Source: the human T2T-CHM13v2.0 reference genome, Homo sapiens
Strand: one strand, 5' to 3'
DNA length: 64,000 nucleotides
Assembly (NCBI RefSeq): GCF_009914755.1
Contig: NC_060930.1
The notes beneath the pieces are model-generated. The model was given only the letters and a program-made list of their open reading frames with translations, did no database searches and was not told the origin of the DNA. Shown here piece by piece: positions 52,516-64,000 of this stretch. The translations under genes were made by a program, and so were the position numbers. How positions within the stretch are numbered: position 1 is the first letter of the stretch; the number at the start of each line of letters is the position of its first letter.

Positions 52516-55204
52516 TGATAGTGCACTTTTTACTTTTTCTCTGTTATAAGCAAATGTTTTCTTGTTTTTTCTGATTATTGAACTTTTTGTGAAACAAAAC
52601 TACTTCGTAAACCAGGTTCCCTTTAATCATATTGCTTAATGGAACAGTAAGTCTTACATACTGATCCTAGTTCTTCCTTCAAATACAGTACTTGGTTTCT
52701 AAATAGTTATGCTTTTTGTTAAAATATAATATATTCTGATACTATGTCTACTATGTCATACACATGAAGTTTTACATATTTGACAAATCCATTTTCCCTA
52801 ATCACATACATTTTCACAGAGTTTAATACTTTCATTTTAATGAGAAATTGATGAAAATCAAGTTACCAACATGATTTGTTGTCTGTTGTTCTACTATGGG
52901 TGCATCGTATTAGGAAATTCAATTATATGTCAGTTCTGTGTCTTCATAGTTTTTCTTACACAACATCCTATATTTGGAGAGTCATTCATGGCCCATTGGG
53001 AAAGGTTATAACTATAATTAGACCTTTTCTCTAGACACTTGAGCAATGGAATGCATGAAGGTTAGTAACAGCTTCCCATTAATTGCTCCCTTGTGGTTTT
53101 ACAGTAAAGCCGTTAACTTATGTACTGGGGCTGCTACCCATAGCATCCTTGCACTGACATTTGAAGCAGTGATTAGAATGTCATTGCTTTCCAATACTTC
53201 ATTGTTATTCAGGGGACACATTCGATGTCTTTCCCCTCATACTGCAGGGATCACAAATTCAGACACACAAAAAATCATCTGTTTCTTTATCGTCGGAATA
53301 GGTCTTTTGAAAGTGGGTTTGTTCTGAAAACAGTGTGCACGCTGGACTCTGTTCAGCACAGTGTCACTGTCTTGTCTTTCAAACTAATGGGAACAAAGCA
53401 GAATCATTCTTTATGTGCAAAGTAGTGCACCCCAAGGGCAAAACATCTATCAGTATGAAAAATAGTCAAGTAACAACCAAGAAATTGTGTTTTGTAGAAG
53501 CTCATGGGTTTGATTGTATGTTTGAGCCAGCACACTGCCATGTTAGTTTTCTCAAATCTTTGAACTTAATAGTTCCTTATTCAAATGTCTTTCTTATCAT
53601 TTCTACTGTGTGAATTCAACTATTCAGTTTGTCCTGTCAGTACTTGCCTGTAACTCAACTAAGACTGAGATTTACAGGGCTAGAGAGCACAATTATCCTT
53701 CTGTCTCAAAAATAAATTACAACTCCAAAGCCCTGCTCTTCCCTCATCCTACTCATTCATTTTTTAAAAATTCTTCGCCATGTATAGCATGAGGATATCA
53801 TGTTTTAATGAAGAATGTAACCTAGGTCCCCCCGCCCCTCTTTTCTCTCCTTATTTCCTCTTAATGTATGTGTATAAATATCTGTGTGGTGTGAGGGCAA
53901 ATATATAATATACTATACTATATATATGTATGATTTGATTCATTTCATTTAACAGATTCATATTACAGATTCTATAAAGTGTGGTGCCCTGATATAATTT
54001 CTGTTCTTATTTTCAAGGCCATTTCAGACATTTTCTTAAAGAAAAAACACTTTTTATATGCACCTCACCTTAATGTAGGTATCTGATATATTGCCTTCTT
54101 GTGAAAAAAAAAATTACTTTTCTGCCATCAGAAGTGGCTGAAGAGTAGTTGCAAAGTTGAAATGATCATGATGAAACTCTGCAGCATGGGGTCAAGAAAA
54201 GTTAGAAGGATTATTAAGCAGCTGAAAGATGGGACCAGAGAGGAAAGGTCCCCAGAAGTGAAATTATTGAGGGTATAGAAAAGAAGTGGGAATGGAGACT
54301 ACATTTAAGTACGTGAAAAGTTGGAATTTAGATTTTTTAAAATAACTCATAGTCGTCAGTGGTTATAGGACAAGAGAAAATGAGCATGCAGTTCTTAGGC
54401 TGAAGTAAAAATTTCTTCTACAAGTCAAGATTTAAAGCATTAAAATTTTAAGATTAATTAATAACATTTTAAAGACAATTGCTTTCTCAAAATTATTTTT
54501 TAACTTGCCTCATGGCTGCAAACTAAGCAAAATTCCTTTAGTCATGAATGTATCGTTTATTAGTTGGCAGTGTTAGAGACCATGAAAGAAATTGATTTTA
54601 GAGTTTCTAGGAACAAAGAGATGGGGTTATGGATGACCGCTGTTGACACTGGATTATGAACGTACATCTTGCAGGCTGCTCCCTATAAAATAAAGGATGA
54701 AGGGGCCTCTCTGAGCTGTGCAAATAGTTGGGTGGAGGGGACAAACCTGTCAACCAGAAGGTGCAGATCAAAGAGAACTGATTACTGGGGATGGACCACC
54801 AAGAGACCAAGGTGGGAGTAGGGGACATGAGAGTTTTAAAAGGTGTGAAATGAAAATGGGCAAGACAGTCTGGGGATCTTGGGGAATTTCATTAATTTGT
54901 GATCAGTGCTCAGTGTTTGTGCAAGTGATGCAACGGGATAATGGAGACTAATACATAAATGCACTTTCTTAAGGAAAAACATAAGGTGGATTGAGACGGA
55001 AAGCACAGACTCTTAGAACCTATGCTCTGAATTGGGGGCTCAGGGGTGTGAAATAATATGTCTAGAAATTAGGACAGTTACTGCAAGATGGACCCTTGGA
55101 TCTTCAGAACTTGAGAGAACAGCTCTCTCTTCTTATATGAAAGGAGAGAAACAGAAGATGAAATGATATGTAAGAAGTATTTGAGGCTGGATGTGAAGCG
55201 TTGA

Positions 55205-55590
55205 CATTCTTTCATCCAATACATATTTATTGAGCTCCTACTTTAAGTGAAAATTGCTGTTCCAGTGCTTGAGATATATCAGTGAATAAAAAGACAAAGA
55301 ATCCTGCCCATCTCAACTTGTATTCAGCATGGGTAGCCTAAAGAATAGTTAAATTACTTAGTATGTAGAAGGTGATGAACAGTGTTGAAAGCAGGCAAGT
55401 GGGGCAGGGTGAGGGAATGGCAGTGCCAGGTGGGTGGTTGGGTCACTGTATTAAATGGAGTGGTGAGTAGGCTTCATGGACAAAGCATGGTCTGAGCAAG
55501 GACTTGCAAGAGGTGAGGGAGGTTAGGATCCATTCCAGGCTGAAGGAACAGCCATGCTAAGGCTTTAAAGGCAAGAGTCTCTTCACAGAA
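55205..55590 (-). mobile_element. L2 3' relic
   Basis: cattctttcatccaatacatatttattgagctcctac...cagtgaataaaaagacaaag. Confidence 0.8.
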
Positions 55591-55805
55591 CTGCAGCTTT
55601 AAGTGTGGCTGTTCTCAAATAAGCTAAAGGAAGAAAAGTAGGAGACAACACTAGAGATGTAGGTACTTTCTCAAAAGTTTTAACCCAAGTTGATCTCTGT
55701 GCTGTTAAACTCACAGAGAGAGAAACATTCTGAGAATGAAAAGTTTTAAAATGAAAAACATTACTATTAAACTTGAAAACCATTTTTTTAAAAAATAGGA
55801 ATTAC

Positions 55806-56065
55806 CAGAAAACCAAACACTGCATGTTCTCACTCATAAGTGGGAGTTGAACAATGAGAACGCATGGACACAGGAAGGGGAACATCACACATTGTGGCCG
55901 GTCAGAGGGTGGGGGGATAGGGGAGGGATAGCATTAGGAGAAATACCTAATGTAGATGACAGGTTGATGGGTACAGCAAACCACCATGGCACGTGTATAT
56001 CTATGTGACAAACCTGCATGTTCTGCACATGTATCCCAGAACTTAAAGTATAATTTTTAAAAAAA
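55806..56065 (+). mobile_element. Very short 5'-truncated L1PA (PA6/7-like) with TSD
   Basis: 3'UTR ending tatcccagaacttaaagtataat; TSD aaaaa(t/a)aggaattacca at 55791-55807 and 56059-56075. Confidence 0.94.
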
Positions 56066-56199
56066 GGAATTACCAAGTTAATGTTATAATACAGCTTATT
56101 TCACAAAGATATGAGAGTGTAACAATTTTTGAATTCTAACAAGAAATTCAACTAGAAACTTACATTGCTATTCACTGGTTTATACACATAGAGACTTCT

Positions 56200-56526
56200 G
56201 TGGTTTTTTTTGTTAGTTTGTTTTGTTTTGTTTCATTTTGTTTGAGACAGGGTCTCACTCTATTCCCCAGGCTGAAGTACAGTGGTACAATCTCGGCTCA
56301 CTGCAACCTCTGCCTCCCTGGCTCAAGCTACCCTCCCACCTCAGCCTCTGGAGTAAAAGGGACCACAGGCACCAGCCACCACACCCCACTAATTTTTTTA
56401 TTTTCTGTAGTGACAGGGTTTCACCATGTTGCCCAGGCTTGTCTCGAACTCGTGGGCTCAAGTAATCTGACTGCCTTTGGCTCCCAAAGTGTTGGGATTA
56501 TAAGCCTGAACTACCCGCACCTGACC
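56200..56526 (-). mobile_element. Alu, AluJ
   Basis: Reverse Alu with a GTTTT-type tail; TSD cacatagagactt at 56185-56197 and 56527-56539. Confidence 0.94.
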
Positions 56527-57914
56527 CACATAGAGACTTTCAACTCCTTCATATTTAAATTCTGGATTTGATGTTCCATACTCTGTAGAAAACATGTTTT
56601 AATATTAACTTTTCTCCTCAGCCTTTTCCTTAGCTATCTACCTCAACTCATTTTACTGTATCTTCCATTTATAAAGTCACATGGTTTATTTCCACTCTCA
56701 GTGTATAGAAATGCAATCTTCTTTATTTTCTATAACTCAATTCATTTTGCTGTTGAATCACTTAGTATTATTATTCCTGATGGCTGAGAAAAATACATAT
56801 TTTTAAAAACACCATAATACTGAATATGTTATGTAAGTATTTGAATTCAGGATTTTTTCCTCTCCTGTTTCTCCCAAGGGGCAGGTGAGGCTTATATATT
56901 GTCTCTCTTCTTCCAGATAGCCTGTGCTGTTGTCTCAGCTGCTGGTTTAACTTGTGGCTAGTTATCTTCTCTTAGGAGCCCATTCATCAACCTGTGTTGA
57001 CCAGACTTCCATTTTGGCTCTTATTGAAGGTGATTCCCATAAAGGAACAGTTGAGAGGAAGCCACCTCTGCCTCTGAGATTTGGGTTTTATTTTCTGTCT
57101 TTCCACCATCTTGAGGTTTTGAGTCCAAGAAGAAGGAAGAGAGAAAGACCTCACACTCACATCACAAATCACAAACTTCTTGCTTCCCTCTCTCTCCTGA
57201 CCACCTTCTTCCCACAAATTTTGCTCCCCACTCATCCCAAAAAGAGTTTTTTAACCTCCTCACAGGATAGATGAAGCAGCAAATATTTGTATCTGGTATC
57301 TTTCTCAATCTATATTATTTAAAAAATGCTCTTCTCTTGGGTTGCCAGCCTCTGATTCTCAATATTTAAAGGGAAGATTCTAGAATTTAACTTACTTAAA
57401 TTTTAGCTCCTGAAAATAAAAGCTTTGGCTGTCACAACCAATGCAGCTGAAATTATTTTTAATGCTCATTTTGCAATTCAACCTTGAAATTGTGATCACC
57501 CAACCACTGGATGCTTCAACTTTAATGGGTGAGGAACTAAGAAGCACAGGACAGTCCTCCACAAAACACACTTAGCTGATTGCTTTGTTTATTCTCAGCA
57601 ATTACAAATTAATATTTGTTGTACTGAAATGTATTTCTAATTGATGTAAGGCAAATTACCTTACACTCAATCTAAGAAAGTTGAATATTCCTATACAAAT
57701 AGAAGGTTAGGTTGTCATTTTGCCTTTTCATATCATTCTGAGATGGATACAACTGCTACATTTTACATGCTTAATGAGAATAGATAACATGGTATTATCT
57801 TCCTTTGGTTAAACAACTCAATGGTCTGTACACCATTGTTGCAATGAGTTGCAAAATAAATTATTTCTTTCAAGCTAACAAGGTAGGAAGAGAAGTGTGG
57901 GCTGGAATAGGTGA

Positions 57915-58140
57915 TGGCATGGGAGGCAGAAAAACTGGCTTAGATTTCTGTTAATTCTGTTTAATTCTCATTAAAACCTATAGATTCTAGAAAATTGTGC
58001 AAAATCTCAGTTTTATTTCTATAATGAAAATATAATATAAGTTTTGTAAGTTATTTGTGAGAGTACCTAAGATAATATATTTGAAAGTTCTTTGTGAACA
58101 TTTTATAATATTCTATGCAACTATAAGTTACTATTATTAA
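57915..58140 (+). mobile_element. MIR relic
   Basis: ctcagttttatttctataatgaaaa...agttatttgtgagagtacctaagataatatatttgaaagt. Confidence 0.55.
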
Positions 58141-58597
58141 CAATAAAAATAATGACCAGCAAAGGCAGTACTTTAAAAATTACATTAAGATTTATATCAT
58201 TTCAGATGTGAGCTATTTATAATAGCCTTAGGAATTGTCTGCTTTGAAAGGACTTCAATCTATATCAATTGAGGATATACTATGTTCTCAGTACTCTGAA
58301 GTACTTGTCACCTCAAAGGTACGACATTTCAAAAAGTGCTCTTTCTCTTATAGACAAGCAGTATTTTCCAACTATAATAACTAACAGAGAAAGAGTGAAC
58401 AATGTACAATCTTATTCTAGAAAAAAGTTTATATTTGACTTATAGGAATTTTATATAAACAAATAGACAAATGAAGGAGTATTGATTTCTTTAACAACCC
58501 CTTTATGAAAATCTTTAGCAAAATATGCTGCTGTCTTACTTATTAAGCCTATCTAGTATTTACATGGCTTTTCTAAAATAAGTTAGAACAAATGTCA

Positions 58598-59010
<413 letters not shown>

Positions 59011-59011
59011 C

Positions 59012-59086
<75 letters not shown>

Positions 59087-59111
59087 GAGAGAGACAGAGA
59101 CAGAGAGAGAG
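59012..59111 (+). repeat. Compound (AT)n(AG)n microsatellite replacing the Alu tail
   Basis: About 12 AT units followed by more than 30 AG units with a few interruptions. Confidence 0.97.
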
Positions 59112-59493
59112 TGCATGACTTTACATCTTTTTTACATCTTTTTCCCTATTTTATATCACAGAATTTTCAAATGACCTCTAATTGTAAAATTAGACAGCAG
59201 CTCTAGGAAAGACTGTTTTAATAAAATAATTTTAAATGAAGCATATGTACCTTATTTAAAAATAATTACACTCTACAGAAGGTGTAAAATGAAATTTACC
59301 TCCATCCCCCATCTCCCCAGGATTATTTTCCAGGGTGGCCATGTTTTTATTACCTATTTAGTTTTCTGTTGAATACAAACATAATTCTGAAGTGCCTATA
59401 CCTGTATTTCTTGATTAATTAATTCTAGGCACTTAGTCTACCTCCCACCTCTTTTACCAACCTATTACTTACAGAGTTTCTTAATTAGCCCAT

Positions 59494-59986
59494 TGTATTA
59501 GTCATGGTTCTCCAGAGACAGGATACATAGACAGACAGACAGATAAATAGTCAGACAGACAATAAGGAAATAGCTCACATGATTGTAGAGGCTGAGAAGT
59601 CATAACTGTAGTTGGCAAGGTGAAGACCCAGGAGAGCCAATGATAGAGTTCCAGTCCAAATGCCAGCAGGCTTGAGACCCAAGAAGAGCCAATGTTTCAG
59701 ATCAAGTTTGAAGGCAGGAAAAGACCAATGTCTCAGCTCAAGGCAGTCAGGCAGATGGAGTTCCCTCTTACTCTGCCTTTTTGTTATATTCAGACTTTCA
59801 ACTGATTGGACAACGGCCATGGACAACGGCTATCCATATTAGGGAGAACAATCAGCTTCACTCAGTCTACTGATTCATGTATTACCGTCTTCCAAATATA
59901 CCCTCACAGAAACATCCAGGTTGTTTGACCAAGTACATGAGCACTGGGTGGCCTAGTCAAGTTGATACATTAGATTAACCATCCCA
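59494..59986 (-). mobile_element. ERVL solo LTR (MLT2D-like)
   Basis: tgtattagtcatggttctccagaga...gaggctgagaagtc...tagtcaagttgatacattagattaaccatc. Confidence 0.88.
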
Positions 59987-60248
59987 CTTGTTGTTTTTCA
60001 AAACTTCTAGTGATTTTACTTATAACTTTAAATAATATACTTCAACTTCCATTTCTTTATCTACTTTAAATTTACATTATTGACTCTTACCATGATGAGT
60101 ACACTACTGAATTTATGTTCTGTCCATCACTTTCTCTACTGCTAACCCATACCTCTGTCAGCTATGCCATTGCTTTTTGTTGCTTCATCAGGGTTTAGAA
60201 CTTTTACATTTTTGTTCTGTAGCTACAAGTAGGTTTCCCATGATATTT

Positions 60249-60440
60249 CAGTAGTTCTGAACCTTGGCTGCATGTTAATTAGCCGGATATTAAAAAAAGA
60301 GCTGGGGATGTTAAAAAAGAAGTTGATGCCAGGCTTCACTCGAGACAAATTAAATCAGAATCTCGTGTTGACATTTTGAATTACAGTTTTTGTAATAAGA
60401 TATCTAAGAAACTCTAACATGCCACTACATTGAGCACTGC
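60249..60440. mobile_element. MER5A-like MITE
   Basis: cagtagttctgaaccttggctgcatgtta...gatgccaggc...ttaaatcagaatctc...gagcactg. Confidence 0.7.
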
Positions 60441-60532
60441 ATGTGTGCTGATTAATCCTAAAAATTGGAAGCCACCAATAAGCTGCATTTATATTATGAT
60501 CATACACATATTATTAACTAGAATATCAAGTG

Positions 60533-60534
<2 letters not shown>

Positions 60535-60573
<39 letters not shown>
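60535..60573 (+). repeat. (GT)19 microsatellite
   Basis: Perfect dinucleotide run. Confidence 0.97.
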
Positions 60574-60574
<1 letters not shown>

Positions 60575-61009
60575 TTACCTTAGAAAAAGAAACGTACTCT
60601 CATTTTACTAATCCTACGTGGCACCAGTGAGACTATATGAAGTGTCACATTTATGTTCAAATGGGTTCTCTTCTCTTATACTTCATCAATTAAGTGAAGT
60701 CCAGCCACAGCATATTTTGGGTTATATTTATCTCATGTAAAAGAAACTGTTTCTCTTCTTTTTCCATTGATAGAAGAGACATTTATCTTTTCTATAATTT
60801 GAAAATCTTCCAAGTTCTTAGTCATACAAATTGTGAAATGTAATCCACTTACTTATTTGATTCATTATTTGTGTTAATATTTTAGAAAGAATAAATGTAT
60901 TGTGAGCTCTTATTTTTTGCTTTTATAGTTGTACATTTCCATCGTTTTTTATTCAAGTCATTTTCCTTTAGAACTTTTTAGAAGTTTAATCTTATTAAAT
61001 ACTCCCATT

Positions 61010-61735
61010 TACTCTGTTTCACCTCCAACTGTTCCAACACCAGCTGAATATATGGCAATTCAGTTCTGACATTAACTACTTGGAACTGGCATAGACTCCA
61101 TAGTTAAAAGTGAAGTCTTCCATGAGACTTTCCTCACTTTAGACACCAGCCCCAATTCTCAGGGTATGCCTAGGTCACCTACACTTCTGACCAACTGGCT
61201 ACAAATTTTGTGATTCCCATGATCCCATCAGGTTTGATAAATCACTGGAATGACTAACAGATCTCAGGAAAGTGATTGTATACTTATGATTAGAGTTTTA
61301 TGTGAAGGATACAATAGAGTACGGTCTGGGATGCAGAGCTTCTGTGCCTTCTACTCGTGGAATCAGTACATATCACCCTCCTCATACATTGATATATTGA
61401 CCAACTAGGAAGCCACGGAGCTTCCTTTCCCAGAGTTTTGATTGGGGTTTCATTAAATAGGTATGATTGGTTAAATTATTGGCCACCTGGTTGAACTCCA
61501 TCTCTAGCCTCTCCTCCCTCCTTGGAGGTCAGCCATCTGAAATGTCCCAAACCTTTAATCATGTGTTTGGTCTCTCTGGTCACCAGCTCCCATCCTGAAG
61601 CTTTCAAGAGGCACACCCAGAGAAGCCTCCTTAGCATAACAAAGACATTTCTATCATTCAGAAAATGTAAGGGGTTTTTGAAGTTCTGTTCCAGGAAACC
61701 AGGACAAAAACCAGTCAAAGTATACCATATTCAAC
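61010..61735 (-). mobile_element. Solo LTR, MER21-like
   Basis: aattcagttctgacattaactac...cacttctgaccaactggctacaaat...ccttagcataacaaagac...ccaggaaaccaggacaaa. Confidence 0.8.
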
Positions 61736-62599
61736 ATGGCGGGTAAATGTGGTAGAGAAGAAGGAGAGCAGTGCCTGTCTGGAAATAGGAATGCCACCTG
61801 ATTTTGTGCTATAAGGAACTATGGTAGCCTGGTCCCCATGGAATTGTGTATAGTAATTTATTAGCAGGAAGGAATAGAAAATAAGAGATTTATTGTCCAT
61901 TATCTTTATCATCTTATTCTTTTAAAATTTATCTAGTGGTTCCTGCAGCTAGGCCTGGAGTACAATTGTTATAAATTGTTTAAAGTTTATATTTTCCTGA
62001 TGCTTCAACATCCCCACAAACAGGCTGTGAACACCCCCCCAGGTAACTAGGGGTACCTGTGTAATAATGCTTCTCCCTGCCACAAGTTTCCCTTCCTGCC
62101 CTCTCCTGAATATGACCTCATGACATTCAAATGCACAGTAAAATCCCCTATTAACAGCATTTGCCAAGTGACCCTCTCCCTCTCCCCTTCCCTTTCTCTG
62201 TCCCTCTCTCTCACTTCTCTACCTGCTTGGTTGAGCCCCATCCCTGGGAGCTCTGCCCGTATGTCCTCCTGCATGGTATGCAATACCTCCTGTTTCTAGA
62301 ACCTGTGAATATAATACATTTTTAAATTTCATATGCCTTTCTGAGTGTAATTTCTGTGGTCGTGTTGGAATGATTCTTAAAGACCCCCATAAAGGGGGCT
62401 GACTCCCCCATTTACAGAACAACAACCCCACTTCAATTAGAGGCTCCCCTCATTCTACACCAAGCCTATTTGATAAAATTAACTGGAAAATCCTAACTTA
62501 AGTAGGGTAAAATTTTTGGTATTTTAACACACATAGTTTGTGATGAAAAAAACATAGTTCATATGTATGAACTAGCTAATAATAATACTTGTTACTATA

Positions 62600-62830
62600 A
62601 TAATTAATATTTATCAAGGGCTTGCTATGACTTTTTATATGTTATGCTTTCCTTGCAATATTTCATTTACTCTTCACACAAATATATAAGATAGATAGTA
62701 ATATTATTTACATTTCACAGAAACTGAGGCCTAGAGATATTAACTAAGTTGCTTATATTCACAGTAAATGATAGTGCTAGAATTAGGATGTCAGCCTGTA
62801 TAACTTTAAAAAAAGCACACTTTTAACTGT
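62600..62830 (-). mobile_element. MIR SINE
   Basis: aatatttatcaagggcttgctatg...cagaaactgaggcctagagatattaactaagttgc. Confidence 0.75.
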
Positions 62831-64000
62831 GATGATTTATTGGCTGCTTGTCTCTGATATTTGGACTACCTGATAAAGTGAGGTTTACAGATAATAATGG
62901 ATTCTGAAGACACTTGGAAGTACACATAATGAAATTTTTTTTCAGAATATTTCAAAGGATGAAATGGTTCCACCATTGTCTTCAGGAAACCTTAACACAT
63001 AGTTATTAGTTATTTGGTTCCTTATTTTAAAGAAAGAATCGATATATCTCATTTGAATGCCTGTGCGGTAGACTTTCCTTGATGACACCTTCAATGATGA
63101 CTTGAAAACATCAACAATCATTAATATCTAGAATCTACATGTCCTACATTAAAAAAAAATCAGAGTTGTGATGATAGAGTAAATATACAGGTAGTCAGAA
63201 TGCTTATTTGGTGCTTTAGGCAATTTGTATATATCTAACAGGAAAGCTGTTATGATAGTGTTTTACTAAATTTGAAAATGTTATAGGCAAGTTTGGGAGG
63301 TTATCACGCTCAGCTTCTTCATCTTGCCTGAGGCCATGTTATTTGTGCTTATATAGAACAAGGAACAGAATGGAGGAAGAATGGTTCCATTTGCTTGCTG
63401 GTTCACAATGGTGGGCATTTGATTTATTCAGTCTTTGTACTTTTATCAGAGCTCTGCCAACCATCTGTGTTTTAGAGGTGTTATAGTATCAGCCTGGGTC
63501 GCATTTTCTATCTTTTATAATCTGCCCAGCTCCTGAAAAATTATTGCTGTTTCCTTCTTCCTATAATCAAAATGTCAGTGTCTCCCACCAAATAGGTCTT
63601 GCTCCTTGACTATGAACATAGAGGCCCATAAAAAAGCTCATGTGAATCAAGTTTATAGGGACAAAGCAGTACCCTTATTTTACATAAAATTCAAGAGCCA
63701 TTTTTTAGATGAAAACAACCACTTTCAAAGAAAAGAGCAGCAAGTTTTACTCCATAAACAGATTACTTATCATAACTTCAGGTAGATAAAGAGTGATCAC
63801 TTTGTGTAAAGTCGGAAAATTTTTTCTATCATAAAGAGTATAAAGTTATAAACAATTATGTGCTAATCCTTCATGGCATTGGTAAATATAACCATCCAGC
63901 ATAAATGCCACTTTATTAATTCCTTTTGGACCCATCTCTGCTTCTGTTGTTTTTAATATTGTCTCATTTTCCTGTGAATGAAGTCAAAGCCAATTGAGAG

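Noticed and set aside
53230-53330. Minus-strand terminal coding exon (QTHFQKTYSDDKETDDFLCV*)
   Set aside because: Weak pyrimidine tract and no recognisable protein match
59807-59832. 13-bp tandem duplication tggacaacggc(c/t)a and similar short duplications (about 31767, 60287)
   Set aside because: Ordinary slippage events inside old repeats; no spacer-repeat array or CRISPR-like structure

Overview
AT-rich, CpG-depleted primate (most likely human or great-ape) genomic DNA from an intergenic or deep-intronic region. I recognise no cellular protein-coding gene, RNA gene or CpG island. Roughly half the window is interspersed repeat. LINE-1 content: a 5.1-kb L1PA8-type element (18068-23160, -); a full-length L1PB1-type element (37365-46187, -) interrupted by a young L1PA2-type copy with a twin-priming 5' inversion and a 12-bp TSD (40595-43452); and several short fragments. 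Other repeats: seven Alus (J and S types), solo LTRs (MER50, MLT1, MLT2, MER21-like), DNA-transposon MITEs, many MIR/L2 relics and microsatellites. All ORFs longer than about 150 aa are L1-derived. The most notable observations are the inversion-made chimeric 683-codon ORF2 frame, a long antisense ORF in the L1PB 5'UTR, two closely spaced inverted-repeat pairs, a possible L1-associated inversion, and a few repeat-free islands with strong splice or promoter signals (about 3.2-4.3, 28.6-29.3 and 32.9-33.3 kb). I found no convincing evidence for a novel biological system. Subfamily calls come from remembered consensus motifs and boundaries of old repeats are approximate.
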